Assembly: GCF_006345805.1 (NCBI RefSeq)
Contig: NC_043001.1
Coordinates: forward strand, 16,616,001 to 16,680,000
Direction: 5' to 3'
Origin: Octopus sinensis
Taxonomy: Eukaryota
Length of the DNA stretch: 64,000 nt
Below the pieces are notes generated by a model that saw only the letters and a list, made by a program, of their open reading frames with translations, searched no databases and was not told where the DNA came from. Numbering within the stretch: position 1 is the first letter of the stretch; each line of letters begins with the position of its first letter. The translations under genes were made by a program, and so were the position numbers. This document shows positions 39,179 to 55,058 of the stretch, one piece after another.

Positions 39179-39711
39179 CCTATATATGTATGATATGTGA
39201 ATATAATATATTCAACAACTAAAAACGAATTTCGCATTTGTTTGATTGTATCCCAAGACAGAAACAAACTGCAGCTTAACAAAACACTTCCATAAATAAT
39301 ATTAATGAAGTTGTCGAAAATATATATGTTCTCAGCGTTCTTATGTTATCACGATATGGAATTCGGTTACAGGATAAATGTTTATGTCTGAGAGTTGGTC
39401 AAGGCAAAATCGTAAATCTGACAGCGTACATTGACTTCATATTTTAGCTATTTCATTTGCCCGTTTCTTCGCTGCAATTATGTAGTGATTTAACGAACCC
39501 AGCACATATTTTGGCGTGCTAAATAAGAGTGAGTTCTATGTCTTTGAAATAACTTGCGCTATAAAAAAAAGTGCAGACCAAATACATACGCATGCTCGCA
39601 CACAAACACACACGTTGATTTCTTCATAGAATGAATCCATATCTCATGATGGTTTAATAGTATAAATATAGGGGAAAACGCTTGCAATGCTTGAGTCAAT
39701 AGCTTAGTCAG

Positions 39712-40310
<599 letters not shown>

Positions 40311-41852
40311 CAAAATGATGTATGTGTACGGGTGTGTGCGTGTGTATTTGTCATATATAAAATAAACAGGGTTGCATTCGAATACGATTTCATTCCATCA
40401 ACACTTTGGTCGGAATCATACATACAGCTGATTGGAAAGAAATGACTGGCACTCAATTAAGTTCGCCGCACTTTCAGACAATCACGTGGTTTGGGGATGT
40501 AATGTCAGTCAGCGGATATTCATTATATGTAAGGTGAAGGGGCTTATTTTAAAGTTTACATGAAGGAATTCGTATCTGTAGCGGCAGGGCGAAACCAGAT
40601 GTCAGAAGTTCAAAATGAACTTTGTGTGTATGACGGCAAAATAAATATATGAACGTATAAAAATCAATGTCCACAGTGATACTGATATACACTGGATGAA
40701 TGTGTACCTGTCTATGAATTTAAAATTCTAAAGTACATTAACGACAAGTTGTTTTGATGTTCAAATAAATATTCCGTTCATTGAAAGGAAAATGTCAAGA
40801 GTTCACTGTAGAATAAAATCTATTTCTAAAGCTACACAAGTGTCTCAAGTGCCAATCAGCATGACATTATTAGCAAATAAGTATAGTTACTGAGGCGGCT
40901 TTGTTCAAACACAACCCAATATAATGACGTAACTGTTTTGAAGAATATTTTGGTTTGTTTGAGAGATAGTCTAAAGTCTGTGTGAAGTTCCAAATACAAA
41001 ATAGTTAATTTTTTTGCTATCAGAAATGTTCTTGCATCGAACGACAGGAAAATAAAATATACTTAAGCCAAATAAAGCAGTTTAGGGTCCGTGTAAGACG
41101 TGAGTTAGTAATGGTAGGGACCGTTTTTGAGTGAACTGAAGTCATCGGCGCATTCTGAAACCGATGATAAGTGGTGCCGTTGGTTTTGGCTGAGCTACCA
41201 CCACTATATAGTTAGTAGATAGACAAACTAGCTAATGTCTGTCAAAGAAAATGTACAACAGATTAAAATGTGAATTACATTCTGTTTCGACCAGAAACTT
41301 GAGTGGTCAGTTCTTTGCTGACGTCATCATTCTTTGACCTGTTTGTGTTAAGTTGTTTTTTTTGTATGAACATACGGATTTGGTCCGATTCCTAAGCAGT
41401 GAATTGGACACATAACTATTAATAGTTGTAGGAATAAAGAAAAAGGGAGATGTGTAGAAGGAAAGATGAATAAAGAGCTTATTGTGTGTGGTTCCTAGTC
41501 TATCCTGAATTAGCTTTGTTTAAGAGCGATAGACTCCACATTGTAAGACCAACTTGATATGGACAAGACAGCAGGGAAATATGAGCTGTAAAACTGAAAT
41601 AGTTTGAAAATTTGGCTTTCTGGAGTTTCGTGGGGAATTACAAGTTGAAGAATATGGTTTCACTCAGTGGCTTACGAACTCGAATGAATCAGAAGCAACA
41701 CATGTATTGCTATTGTTTGGGCACATAAATTGGCAATTTGGAAGTACCAGTCAAGTACTGGGGTCCAAGTAATCGACAACCCCTCCCCCAAAATTGCTGC
41801 CTTTTAGGCAAAATTTGAAACCATTATTATTATTATCATTATTATCATTATC

Positions 41853-42544
<692 letters not shown>

Positions 42545-42734
42545 CATTATTATTATTATTACTATTATTACTATCATTATTTGATGAGAAGCTTTTATCA
42601 GTGCAATTTTTTTTCTTTATCAAATAATTATTCCTGTCTTTGCAGCAGGTTCGGCAGAGGGCAAATTAAAAAACTGAGAACAGAAACCGTATTGTTAATT
42701 GTATTCCACTCCGGAAAACAAACTAACAAAAAGT

Positions 42735-42794
<60 letters not shown>

Positions 42795-44504
42795 CTCATA
42801 AAACAAAACAGAGCAATATATTGTTTAATATTATCTCCGCAGTTGGTGAGGTTAATGACATCACTGTTATTTTTGGTGATGTTATCGGATATCCATCCAC
42901 ACTTATATCTCTTCTAATTGTCATCATTTGATATTAACACGCATATTTAATGCATATAAGGCGGCGAGTTGGCAGAATCGTTAGCATGCCGGAAAATCAT
43001 CTTTAGCGGCACGTCTTACGGTTTTACATTCTGAGTTCAAAGTCTGCCAAGATAGTGTTTGCCTTTTATTTTTTCGGGGTTGATGAAATAAAGTACCAGT
43101 CAAGTACTGGGGTTGATGTAATCTACTAAGCCCTTCTTCTAAATTTTAGGCCTTGTGCCTATATTCGAAACCATTATCCAAACACAGGGAGCTGGCACAA
43201 TCAACGCGCCGGACAAAATGCTTAGCGACATTTCTTCAGACTCATTCCAAATTTCAGGCATTGTACCTCTTTATAAACTATATATTCAATAGTTACAGCG
43301 ATAATTTTTATCAAACGTATGGCAACCTAAACCCACATTTCACCTAAAACATAACTAACTGACTTCGGTCTTATTGTAATTAAAACTTTAAATCACCATG
43401 TTTACTTAACAATTTGTTTTTAAGTTTAATTCTCGACATCTATGCGAAACTGTTCTGATCTTCCATTCAGGTGCTGTCATGGCTGTGTGGTGAAGAAGCT
43501 CACTTGATAACTACACGGTTCCGGGTTCAATCCCACTACGCGGTATCTTGGGAAATCGTCTTCTACTATAAAATAGGACCAACGCATGGCTTGGGAATGA
43601 ATTTACGTAAAGGAAACTGTGTGAAAGTCCGTCGTATATATACGACTGGAGACTGGGAATTTGATTTTCAAGAATCGTAGAGTTGCTTGAGAAACTTCGG
43701 AGAAAAATTGCTTGGGGTTCGTAAACGCTCTGTCACTGTATATCTAACCTCCGGTCCAGGTTTTCCGATGTCCTATGTACTACCAGAATTTCTAAATACT
43801 GTACCCCTGTTCGAAAACTTGCTAACCGAGCGTGGTTTTACGTATTTAATCGTCTTTAATAATCTAACGGTGTCAATCTTCCAACCTAAGTCATACGTTT
43901 CTGATAGATCTAAATATTAATTTCAAATTTTGGCACAAGGCCAGCTTGTTTGGGGAAAGGGTAAGTAGATTATATCGCCCCAATGATCAACTGGTACTTA
44001 TTTTATCGACACCGTAAAGATGGAAAGCAAAGTCGACCTTCGGGGGAATTTGAACTCAGAACGCAAAGACATTAAATGTCATTAAGAATTTTTCTCGGCA
44101 TGTTAACGTTTCTGCCAGCCTGCTGCCCAAAATCTGCTAAGCATTTGAGGGCAAATCTCTTCTAGTTCACATTCCATAGCATTAAAAAAAAGATATGGAA
44201 AAGAGGCGTTGGAAATGTTATCCGACCTACACAAAAGGACAAAACGATTTCAGTCAGAAAGTTTTCGATTACAGGACTATTCAGTGTGGGCTGGCCTGAG
44301 GCCAAACAACAGTAAGCATCATATCTGTAAACTTCTCGTCGGAAAACTATGTAATTCTAGAATGTTTCCCCCACCCAAAACTAGCTATTCAAAACCAACA
44401 ACACCACCGTGCATCATGATCATCATCGTCATCATCATCATCACTATCATCAACATCATTATCGACAACAATAACAACCACAACATTAGCAGCAACAACA
44501 GAAG

Positions 44505-44865
44505 TGGAGGCGCAATAGGCCCAATGGTTAGGGCAGCGGACTCGCGGTCGGAGGATCGCGGTTTCGATTCCCAGACCGGGCGTTGTGTGTGTTTATTGAG
44601 CGAAAACACCTAAAGCTCCGCGAGGCCCCGGCAGGGGGTGGTAGCGACCCCTGTTGTACTCTTTCGCCCCAACTTTCTCTCATTCTTTCTTCCTGTTTCT
44701 TGTCCCCCACTTCCTACGCAACTGCTGAGCCTGGATGCGTATTCATCCACCCGTCGATGCTCTCGGTGTCGGGGGTTGACCTGCTTTCTCTTCTGCGGGT
44801 CATACGAACAGCAGAGGACCACGTTTCGGACTTCTCCCACGAAGACCGCTTCGCTCAACAGCAAC
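44505..44865 (+). mobile_element. SINE family B, tail type 1
   Basis: 14-bp TSD AGCAACAACAGAAG at 44491-44504 and 44866-44879. Confidence 0.92.
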
Positions 44866-45247
44866 AGCAACAACAGAAGCAGCAGAAAACGGTCAGACCC
44901 CGGTCAGTACCGACTGAGAAACTATATTCAAAGGAATTCTAGCTGTGTCCATCCTGTCTTTTTTTCAAGTACGTTGCATAAGCATCATTGTTTGAGGAAA
45001 CCGTGGTTGTTATTTCCAGCCGGTTGGTCAAGTGCAGAGAGGCTGCCTCACAGGTAATTCATGTAGTTGGGCGCAAATTCAGTCCTTTTCATTAAACCCC
45101 ACTCAAAAATAGTGATTACGTTAAAAAACACACACACACGCGCATGCGCATTCACACACACACTCACTTACACACACATAAACACTCACTCACATACACA
45201 CTCACTCACACACACTCACACACCACACACAGGCACGTACACGGACA

Positions 45248-45316
<69 letters not shown>

Positions 45317-45439
45317 AGGGTAAACAATTAATGGTTAAAAAAAAACCAACAATTATTTACGGGTAGATTTCGGTATGTAAATATAATCATTATCGGTAGG
45401 AACATTTAAAAAAAAGTTCTTTATATATTTGTATATAAA

Positions 45440-46170
45440 TGAAAATGGGCAGGCAACAGGTTGCTTAGCCACATACCGAAAAAATTAGAAATAGCAGTCA
45501 AAGACTATTTATTTCTATTTTCTACAAATGGGAAATGGAAGCACTCTGTCGGTTACGACGACGAGGGTTCCGGTTGATCCGATCAACGGAACAGCCTGCT
45601 CGTGAAATTAACGTGTAAGTGGCTGAACACTCCACAGACACGTGTACCCTTAACGTAGTTCTCGGGGATATTCAGCGTGACACAGAGAGTGACAAGGCCG
45701 GACCTTTGAAATACAAGTACAACAGAAATAGGAAGTAAGAGTGAGAGAAAGTTGTGGTGAAAGAGTACAGCAGGGATCACCACCATCCCTGCCGGAGCCT
45801 CATGGAGCTTTAGGTGTTTTCGCTCAATAAACACTCACAACACCCGGTCTGGGAATCGAAACCGCGATCCTACGACCGCGAGTCCGCTGCCCTAACCACT
45901 GGGCCATTGCACCTCCACATTTTCTACAAATAAGACTCCACATAGAACATATCCATGTAATTCACATATGTAAAACAGAAGGAAAAAATAACGAAAGCAA
46001 ATTCTAGGGTTTTTTTCCTTCTGTTTTACATATGTGAATTACATAGATATGTTGTATGTGGAGTCTTATTTGTAGAATATTTGACTGCTATTTCTAATTT
46101 TTTCGGTATGTGGCTAAGCAACCTGTTGCCTGCCCCTTTTTATTTATATTATATCTATCTATCATCTATC

Positions 46171-46220
<50 letters not shown>

Positions 46221-46449
46221 GTCTATCTATCTGTCTGTCTATCTATCTGTCTATGTATGTATGTATGTATGTATGTATGTTGTATGTATGTATGTGTGTA
46301 TGCATGTATATAGATAAATATATATATATATAATATAAATAAAAAGGGGCAGGCAACATGTTGCTTAGCCACATACCGAAAAAATTAGAAATAGCAGTCA
46401 AATATTCTACAAAAGACTCCACATACAACATATCCATGCAATTGTGCGA

Positions 46450-46450
<1 letters not shown>
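45440..46450. repeat. Three copies (+,-,+) of a 120-170 bp unit forming a foldback between (TA)n tracts
   Basis: GGGCAGGCAACA(G/T)GTTGCTTAGCCACATACCGAAAAAATTAGAAATAGCAGTCAAA at about 45447 (+), 46082-46136 (-) and 46347 (+). Confidence 0.9.
45530..45918 (-). mobile_element. SINE family B with the tail shared by family C (28548), nested in the foldback arm
   Basis: 13-bp TSD ATTTTCTACAAAT at 45517-45529 and 45919-45931. Confidence 0.9.
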
Positions 46451-46514
<64 letters not shown>

Positions 46515-46541
46515 GCACAATTACATGGAATTATATATATG

Positions 46542-46602
<61 letters not shown>

Positions 46603-47134
46603 GCACAATTACATGGAATTATATATATAATATATATCGCACAAACACACACACGCACCCCTCCACACGTATATTTATAACTGCTCCCATAACAGCGAGT
46701 CAACCGTAAGTCATTTGAGGCGGTCTTTTTAATATGATTACACAATGCAAAGGATTTACATAGTCAGCCGTATTTCCAGCAAGAACTAGTGAAATCTAAT
46801 CGCATCAGAATAACCAACAGACTACAGAACTATTCCACCTAATGTCGCAAACTAAGACGAAATTTGACTCAAGTACGACTAACAGTCACATTTAGTCGAT
46901 GACTAATGAGCAAAATTTAAGTTTTTGTTCCATGACACATTTCGAAATTTTTTCATTTCTCTTTGGAAATGTTTAGATAGAGCAGATTATTTTTCTTCCT
47001 CTGTTTAGGCCGGGCCAAACACGTTGCATATTAAGAGTACCGATTTTCAGATATTTCGGGAAGTCATGTAACGCGGCAAGTTAATTTGTATAGCGAACGG
47101 TAAATAAAGTAATCGAAGCGATTACAAACTGACT

Positions 47135-47635
<501 letters not shown>

Positions 47636-48091
47636 TTTCCTAGCTAACTAACCGTAAAATTTCTATTGTAATTCAAATTTAAAAGTATAGGCCAATCGAA
47701 TCTATCTGTGAAAATTAATACCATGCGGGCAGAGGAATTCGACTGATTGCGTATATATGCGGATGTCCGCTTGCATTGGATGGTAGCGTCGTGGTGATAT
47801 TAATTTTATTGACTTTTTGTGAAATGACACATTTTAATAATATATTGGACTGTTTAATATATATGCCTGCTTTGAGTACGAGTGTATCTGTTGTGGTTTC
47901 TTGATGTTGGTTGAGGAACTGTGGAGTTCAATATGGAACATTATTGTGTTTGTTGATGTATATTGATCTATATTGTTTATATTATATTATTGTGTATATA
48001 TATATATGTAAGAATATGAGTGTGTATGCACACATATTTATATTTATATGTAATTTTTTTAGGATTTGTACTCATACTTGTATTAAAATCT

Positions 48092-48196
48092 CTGAAGAGG
48101 CCGTGAGATATTCTTGTTAATGTCTCATTTATACCTGCTTTATATGGCTAATAGGTTAAATTGGACATACCTGTCTTCACGGCGGAAACAGCTGTC
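48092..48196 (+). ncRNA. Hammerhead-like motif with long stem II insertion (probable Penelope-like terminal repeat relic)
   Basis: CTGAAGA-GGCCGTGAG...TTCACGGCG-GAAAC AGCT GTC; perfect palindromic stem III ACAGCTGT; G-G mismatch at the base of stem II and a weak stem I. Confidence 0.5.
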
Positions 48197-48380
48197 AGCT
48201 ACAATGTAAATGTATTTCTATTTCTATTTCTATGTCTTGTTATATTTGTACTATATTAATGTATATATCATTGCTATTGTGTAGTGGTTTATAAAGTATT
48301 GATTGGGTATTATCTGATAGTTGATGATTGATTTAGATATATTTCTCCATTTCTATTTGATATATATATACATATATATT

Positions 48381-48466
<86 letters not shown>

Positions 48467-48683
48467 CGCCCTGATTGATTGCTAGCCACTAAACCTTTTT
48501 ATATCTTCCCTCTCTTTTTATTTTCTCCCTCTGTTTATTTCTCTGTTCCTTTCTCTTGAAGAGCGTAAGCGTAGGCTCGAAGCGTAAAAGACTTTCTCAC
48601 TTCCCGAGCGTTAAACTAATACACCTGTTTGTTGTTTACACACACCATCTTCGTCTTTTGTTTTGTTTGTTTTTTGTAATTCC

Positions 48684-48744
<61 letters not shown>

Positions 48745-48978
48745 CATACATACATACATATAAATAATGTGTGAATCACACACATACACACAAAAGTGAT
48801 TTCTCAAGTTCACCAAACAACATTTGGCATTGTTTCTGTTATCTACTTCCCAACGATAAAACTTTGTATATTCATTACGAACCAGCTCCTCCCTTACGGG
48901 AAGATTTCATATAACTGTAAAGAAAAACCAAAAAAATATGCACACGAATATATTTATATATATATATATATATCTACA

Positions 48979-49020
<42 letters not shown>

Positions 49021-49268
49021 TCTGGTTTCAAATTTAGGCGCAAAGCCAGCAATTTAGGGGTGGGGGCAAAGTCGATTATATCGACTGCAGTGTTCAAATA
49101 ATACTTTTTTGTTTTTCTTATTCACCCTTGAAAGGATGAAAGCAAAGTCGGAATTTGAACTCAAAGCGTAAGGACGGATGAAATTCTGCTAAGCATTTAG
49201 CAAGGCGTGCTAACAGTTTTGCCAGCTCACCTTATATGCGTGTGTGTGGGGGGTAGTGGTGGTGCGTG

Positions 49269-49269
<1 letters not shown>

Positions 49270-49311
<42 letters not shown>

Positions 49312-49331
49312 CATGTGTGTGTATATATGTA

Positions 49332-49369
<38 letters not shown>

Positions 49370-49785
49370 TGTGTATATATTTACATATATGTGTATATAT
49401 ATGTATATATATATATTTGCATATATAAATAGATATATATGTATGTATGTATATATATATATATACATACATACATATATAGATATATAGATATACACAC
49501 ATATATGTATCATGTTTGTTTGTGTTTGTCCCACCAACATCGCTTGATAACCGATGTTGGTGTCCTTACGTTCCCGTAACTTAGCGATTCGGCAAAGAGA
49601 CCGATAGAATAAGTAGTAAGCTTACAAAGAATACGTCCTGGGGTCGATTTGCTCGACAAAAGTCGGTGTCCCAACATGGCCGTTGTCAAAATGACTGAAA
49701 CAAGCAAAAGGATAAAAGAATATATATATGTATGTATGTATGTATGTTATGTATGTATGTATGTATGTATGTATGTATGTATGTA

Positions 49786-49816
<31 letters not shown>

Positions 49817-49920
49817 TATCTATTATCTTATATATATAATATATACATATATATACATACATATATATCTATCTGTATGTAATATATATATATATATATA
49901 TATACATATATACATACATA

Positions 49921-49952
<32 letters not shown>

Positions 49953-50110
49953 ATATTGGTATATATATATAGATATAGATATAACTAATAAACGAAGCAA
50001 AAGAATAAAAGAATATATATATTATATATATAACACCAAATATATACATACATTATATATATCTGTATGTATGTCATATATCTATATATATATATATATA
50101 ATATCTATAT
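49270..50110. repeat. (TA)n-rich microsatellite field containing a family D/E 3' module (about 49515-49720)
   Basis: Direct, plus module homology. Confidence 0.88.
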
Positions 50111-50461
50111 ACAGAAATAGACGAATGTCTACAAAATAGGAGTTACATAATCACTTCATTAATCTTATAACTGTTCCAGCAATAAGGAAGCTTGCACGTA
50201 AATCTCAGATAAACAAACACTTCATTGAATTGACTCTGCGAAGGGTGTATGCTTTCTCAAAGTCAATTGAATAGAGTATTTGTTTACTCAGGAAAACATT
50301 CCAATCTATAGTCGCGTACACATAGACACACTTACAGCATAATACACTCGGGTAGATGTGTGGATAAATTGCGAGAGATAAGTATATGCTGGAAGTCAAT
50401 ATACTCTTACGGTGTTTAAACAATTGGTTATTGGAATCGCTTCGGCTAAGTGGAATCCTTT

Positions 50462-50496
<35 letters not shown>

Positions 50497-50613
50497 TACA
50501 CACACACACTAATGCACACACACACATACACAAACACACACACGCGCGCGCGCATTTATATATAATCAAGACATCATAAAGAAAAATGTAGAATTTTACA
50601 TCTTTAGAATATA

Positions 50614-50996
50614 CTAGCAGTATCGCCCGGCGTTGCTCGGGTTTGTTTCGACATTTTAGAATTGGGATTTTTGAAAAGTAAAAATTTTGCATTATGTAGC
50701 TTGTTTTTCTCTTTAAGTGAATATTTTTTTGGTTGAAATACACCGAAAAATAGCGACACAGCAGTAAAAAAATCGTAAAAAATAGGGATTCTCATAGAAA
50801 AAAAAGCACCTTTTTGATGTAAATAATTTTTGGTGCTAGCATGGTCCGATTTGAATACGGAATAAAGAGTAAGCCTTCTTCTATCATACTTTCAATTTTG
50901 GTCAATTTGCGCCGCAGGGTCTCGGAGAAGATAGTGTTAGTTGAAGGCTACCAAACCTACCACATACAGACAACTTCAGCTTTATATGTATAGAGA
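50614..50996 (-). mobile_element. Non-autonomous Helitron-like element (same family as 4761)
   Basis: Reverse complement with A|TC start, CTAG|T end and subterminal hairpin. Confidence 0.82.
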
Positions 50997-51324
50997 TTTA
51001 TTAAAGTATTATTTTCATCGAATTCCAATCCGACCCTCGTTGCTGCTGGATAAGTGTCCCAGTGTCCTTTGGTGTTGCAGTTATGTGCATTTAGTTGATT
51101 TAAAATGAATTGCAATACATATTCATCCAAAAGTAGACTTTTCTATGCATCCTTGTTCAAAGAGTTACCCATACGGGTGAGCGAAGCGAGTGCTTATTTA
51201 AATTGGTCTAAGGTGGATGACAGTATCAACTATTGCTTCCTGGCTGCCTTGCTGTCCTCAGCTGAATCGACCTCTTTCCTACCTTCAGAGTTTGGATTGC
51301 TTGAATGAAAATGACAAGGCAGAG

Positions 51325-51549
51325 AACTGGCAGAAACTTTAGCACGCCGGGCGAAATGATTACCTGTATTTCGTCTGCCGTTACGTTCTGAGTTCAAATT
51401 CCGCCGAGGTCGACTTTGCCTTTCACCCTATCGGGATCGATAAATTAAGTACCAGTTACGCACTGAGGTCAATGTAATCGATTTAATCCGTTTTTCTGTT
51501 CTTGTTTGTCCCCTCTGTGTTTAGCCCCTTGTGGGCAATAAAGAAATAA
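51325..51549 (+). mobile_element. SINE family A monomer
   Basis: Full length; GAATGAAA(A/T)TGAC duplicated on both flanks. Confidence 0.88.
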
Positions 51550-53129
51550 GAATGAAATTGACTTTTGTTTAGAAGTCAAACTAAACGGCTTAGTCGGCTA
51601 AAGAAGCTTCTTTTAATTTCTTATGTAAGTTCTGGTGCTTGGGGCCTTCGTTGCAGAGGGCTAATCTGCTCGAACTCTGAATTAGAAGAGCTGTGATCGT
51701 ATGAGAGAGTGACATCACCATCAAAGTGTCTGATACGTCACAAATTGAATCGTGTGCGCCATTTTGAAAGAGAATCAAAAAGTAATGGGGAAACGTGTCA
51801 GCGGGCTTGAAACTCGGTTCCTGAAGAGACAATAGGATAACGGCTTATGTCACTGAAACGATGTTTGGTTTAGATGCTCGGTAGCACTGTCGCGTGACTT
51901 TTAGATGTCCCCTGCAACATTTTGTTTCGAGGCCTCATCTCTTCAATCAAAATTCATAATCTACGCACCTTTTATTCATAGCTATATTTTACTTTATTCT
52001 ATCTAAAGTTCAATAGTTCACGTTATCCTAAAGAACATATTTAAAAGTACAAGTTAAATTTATTTATCTCTATTACAAATTTCAATCAGTGTAACTTCCA
52101 GATATGAATAAAAAAGCACTTTTATAATCCAAGCAACTTTCAACGACAAACATGGCGCACTTTTCGCTTTGCGAAATCATCGACCACTTTAGAATAATCA
52201 AGTTGAGATTTAGGATTGGTTATCATGCAAGGAAACAGATCATATAAGTTCATGATCATTAGATGCCATGACAATCCACAAAGTCCGGTACACGTTTGTT
52301 GTACAATGTAATATTCTTACAAGAACTTTTTCAGGTACAACGTATTCCCATTGTATTTCTTGAAAATTTCAGTCAACATAAATGGTTTAATTCTTGTTCA
52401 ACATCTTAACCAAAGTAAATTGATGACTCATCTACGTACTTTGATCTTAACATGGGGCTCCTCAACTGCAGAGGCCTCCTGCAACCCCTGTGGTTGCAGG
52501 GGCTTGGCGACGGCCCTACTGCTCGGATGTTCTTCAGAACAAACCTCCATATATATCAAAACTGAGAAATGATCACGTTCAGGTTGATCAGTCCTACTTA
52601 GAAATGGGATGAATAAAACTATCTCCGAAAGTTTGAGAAGAATTATTTAACATCTACATTACGTCAATATTACACAACAATCAACTCCTCAAAGGAGATT
52701 TGACACAGAAAATATCCCGTTAGATTGCAGCGTATGCTGTTTCGCTGCACATGGTGCCTAGAGTTTTTGCATTTAAGGGGGTCCAACTGTACCGATCTCT
52801 CATTACAGCAGGATTTAGTGTTGTTGGATTTATGATGCATAGGCACGCTCTAAGACCGACGTATCTGTAGAGATTAACATGACGAGGGCGAAGAAGAAAG
52901 GATGAAGAAGAAGAAAAGAAATAAAGAAAGAAAGAAAGGAAAAGGAGATGAGATGAAAGGGAAATGAAGAAGAAAGAAGTTTTTTCCCCGCGCTTCTTTA
53001 TGTTCTGAGTTCAAATCCTGCCGAAGTCGACTTTGCCTTTCATTCATTCAGGTAAAATATAAACCATCAAGTAATGGGGTTCAATGTACCACAATCAGAA
53101 AGAATTACTATTATTTGTATTAGTAGTAT

Positions 53130-53275
53130 TAACCATTGTGGTACTAGTAGTAGTAGTAATCATAGTAGTAGTGGTTGTGGTAGTAGTAGTAGTAGTAATA
53201 ATCGTAGTAGTGGTTGTAGTAGTAGTAGTAGTAGTAATAATCGTAGTAGTGGTTGTAGTAGTAGTAGTAGTAATC

Positions 53276-53310
<35 letters not shown>

Positions 53311-53380
53311 CATAGTAGTAGTAGTACTAGTAGTAATCATAGTAGTAGTAGTAGTAGCGGTGGTGTGGTGGTGGTGGTTG
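53130..53380. repeat. (AGT)n microsatellite
   Basis: Direct; source of poly-S/V/T pseudo-ORFs. Confidence 0.95.
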
Positions 53381-54559
53381 ATAACAGTGAAAGGGAAGAG
53401 CTGAAGGTTACGGACGAGGTTAAGGATTGTGTGAGGGTACTGGTGGAGGGTGGACAGTGGTCGGGGCAGTGGCAGTGATGCTCTGAGAGAAGCCGAATGA
53501 GATAAGTTTCTTTATTGGCCACACAGGGCTGCACACAGATGGGACAAATTACAAGGTAGAGCTTTTCTTTTGGGGGAGAAAAAAAAAAGGTGGCGTAGGT
53601 TTTTCGATCAAAAGGGATCGTGAAAGGGAAAAAAGAACAAAAAAAAGAAAAAAAGAAAAAAAGGAAAAGAAAAAAAGAAAAAAAAGGAAAAGGAAAAGGG
53701 AAAAAAAGAAAAGAAAAATGAAAAAGAAGAAAAAAGAGGAAAAAAGGGGGAGAGGAAAAAAAAACGATCAATAGGGATCGTGTATCACAGTGTCATGATG
53801 TATGTGTAAAGAGGAAAGCAAGTAAGGTTTATCCGTGGAAGAAAAGCCTACGGAAAAGACCACGGTAACCTGGTCAATATTGTTATATGTTACCACATTT
53901 GTTTGCAAGTGGGTAACCCTCTGCTTTCAATTTCTGGGTTCATAGGATTATGCTCAAGGTGGCTTCGTCATTCATACGTGCCATCCTTGCTACATTCACC
54001 CATCTTTTTTTAAAACATGAGATAAATGCTGTTGTGAGAAGAGAGGAAGCAAAAGAACTCTATGGTGTGTGTGTGTGCTTTAAGATGAAGTCTCTTCTGG
54101 TGGCAGCAGCAGCACTAATACTCGTAACGAAAGATTAAAAGAAATAGGATCTAACACCGCCGTCAAACACACCGCGCCCACGGAGCCAATAGAAGCTGTA
54201 GCGTATGTATGACATGTAGGCGGGTCGAGTGAGGAACGTTACCCCAAACAAAGTTTTTTAAATTCACAAATTCACGAAATTGCTTCTTTCATCTTGGAAG
54301 TTGCTAAAACAAGTTTTGCTGCATCAAATAACTGTGAACATTGATATCCACTCAACAGAAAGCTGGCTTCTTTCTGGAGATGACCCAATTCGCTCTCCCT
54401 TTCACATTCACATACTCTTTCCCTCCCGCTTTCTGTCTCTCATTTCCTCTTTCTTTCTCGCTTTCTTTTGCATGCAAAATCTCTTCTCACTTTAATATAC
54501 AATACCCCAACACGTGTGTACGTACGTATGTATATGTGTATATCTATATATCTATTTAC

Positions 54560-54580
54560 ATCTCTCTCTCTATCTATTAA

Positions 54581-54665
<85 letters not shown>

Positions 54666-54719
54666 CTCTATCTATTTACCGCTCTCAATCTATCTACCTC
54701 TCTCTATCTATTTACCTCG

Positions 54720-54764
<45 letters not shown>

Positions 54765-54766
54765 CA

Positions 54767-54806
<40 letters not shown>

Positions 54807-54914
54807 CCTCTCTCTATCTATTTACCTCTCTCTATCTATTTACCTCTATCTGTTTACCTCTATCTATTTACCTCTGTCTATCTATCTATCTATCTATCTA
54901 TCTTCTATCTATCT

Positions 54915-54957
<43 letters not shown>

Positions 54958-54972
54958 CTATCTATCTATCCA

Positions 54973-55056
<84 letters not shown>
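54560..55056. repeat. (CT)n/(CTAT)n/(TA)n compound microsatellite
   Basis: Direct; explains the 238-aa and 196-aa pseudo-ORFs. Confidence 0.96.

Positions 55057-55058
<2 letters not shown>

Noticed and set aside
41319-41326. Perfect CRE (TGACGTCA) in a 1.4-kb unique region
   Set aside because: A single 8-mer is expected roughly once per window by chance; no TSS evidence.
51821-51865. CTGAAGA...GAAAC hammerhead-like spacing
   Set aside because: Three unpaired bases precede GAAA, and there is no NUH followed by a stem I partner.
53074-53771. Poly-Ser, poly-Val and Phe-rich ORFs
   Set aside because: (AGT)n microsatellite and an A/G-rich tract.
54175-54235. CCAAT plus GGCGGG promoter-like cluster
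   Set aside because: Short motifs only; no downstream first exon identifiable.
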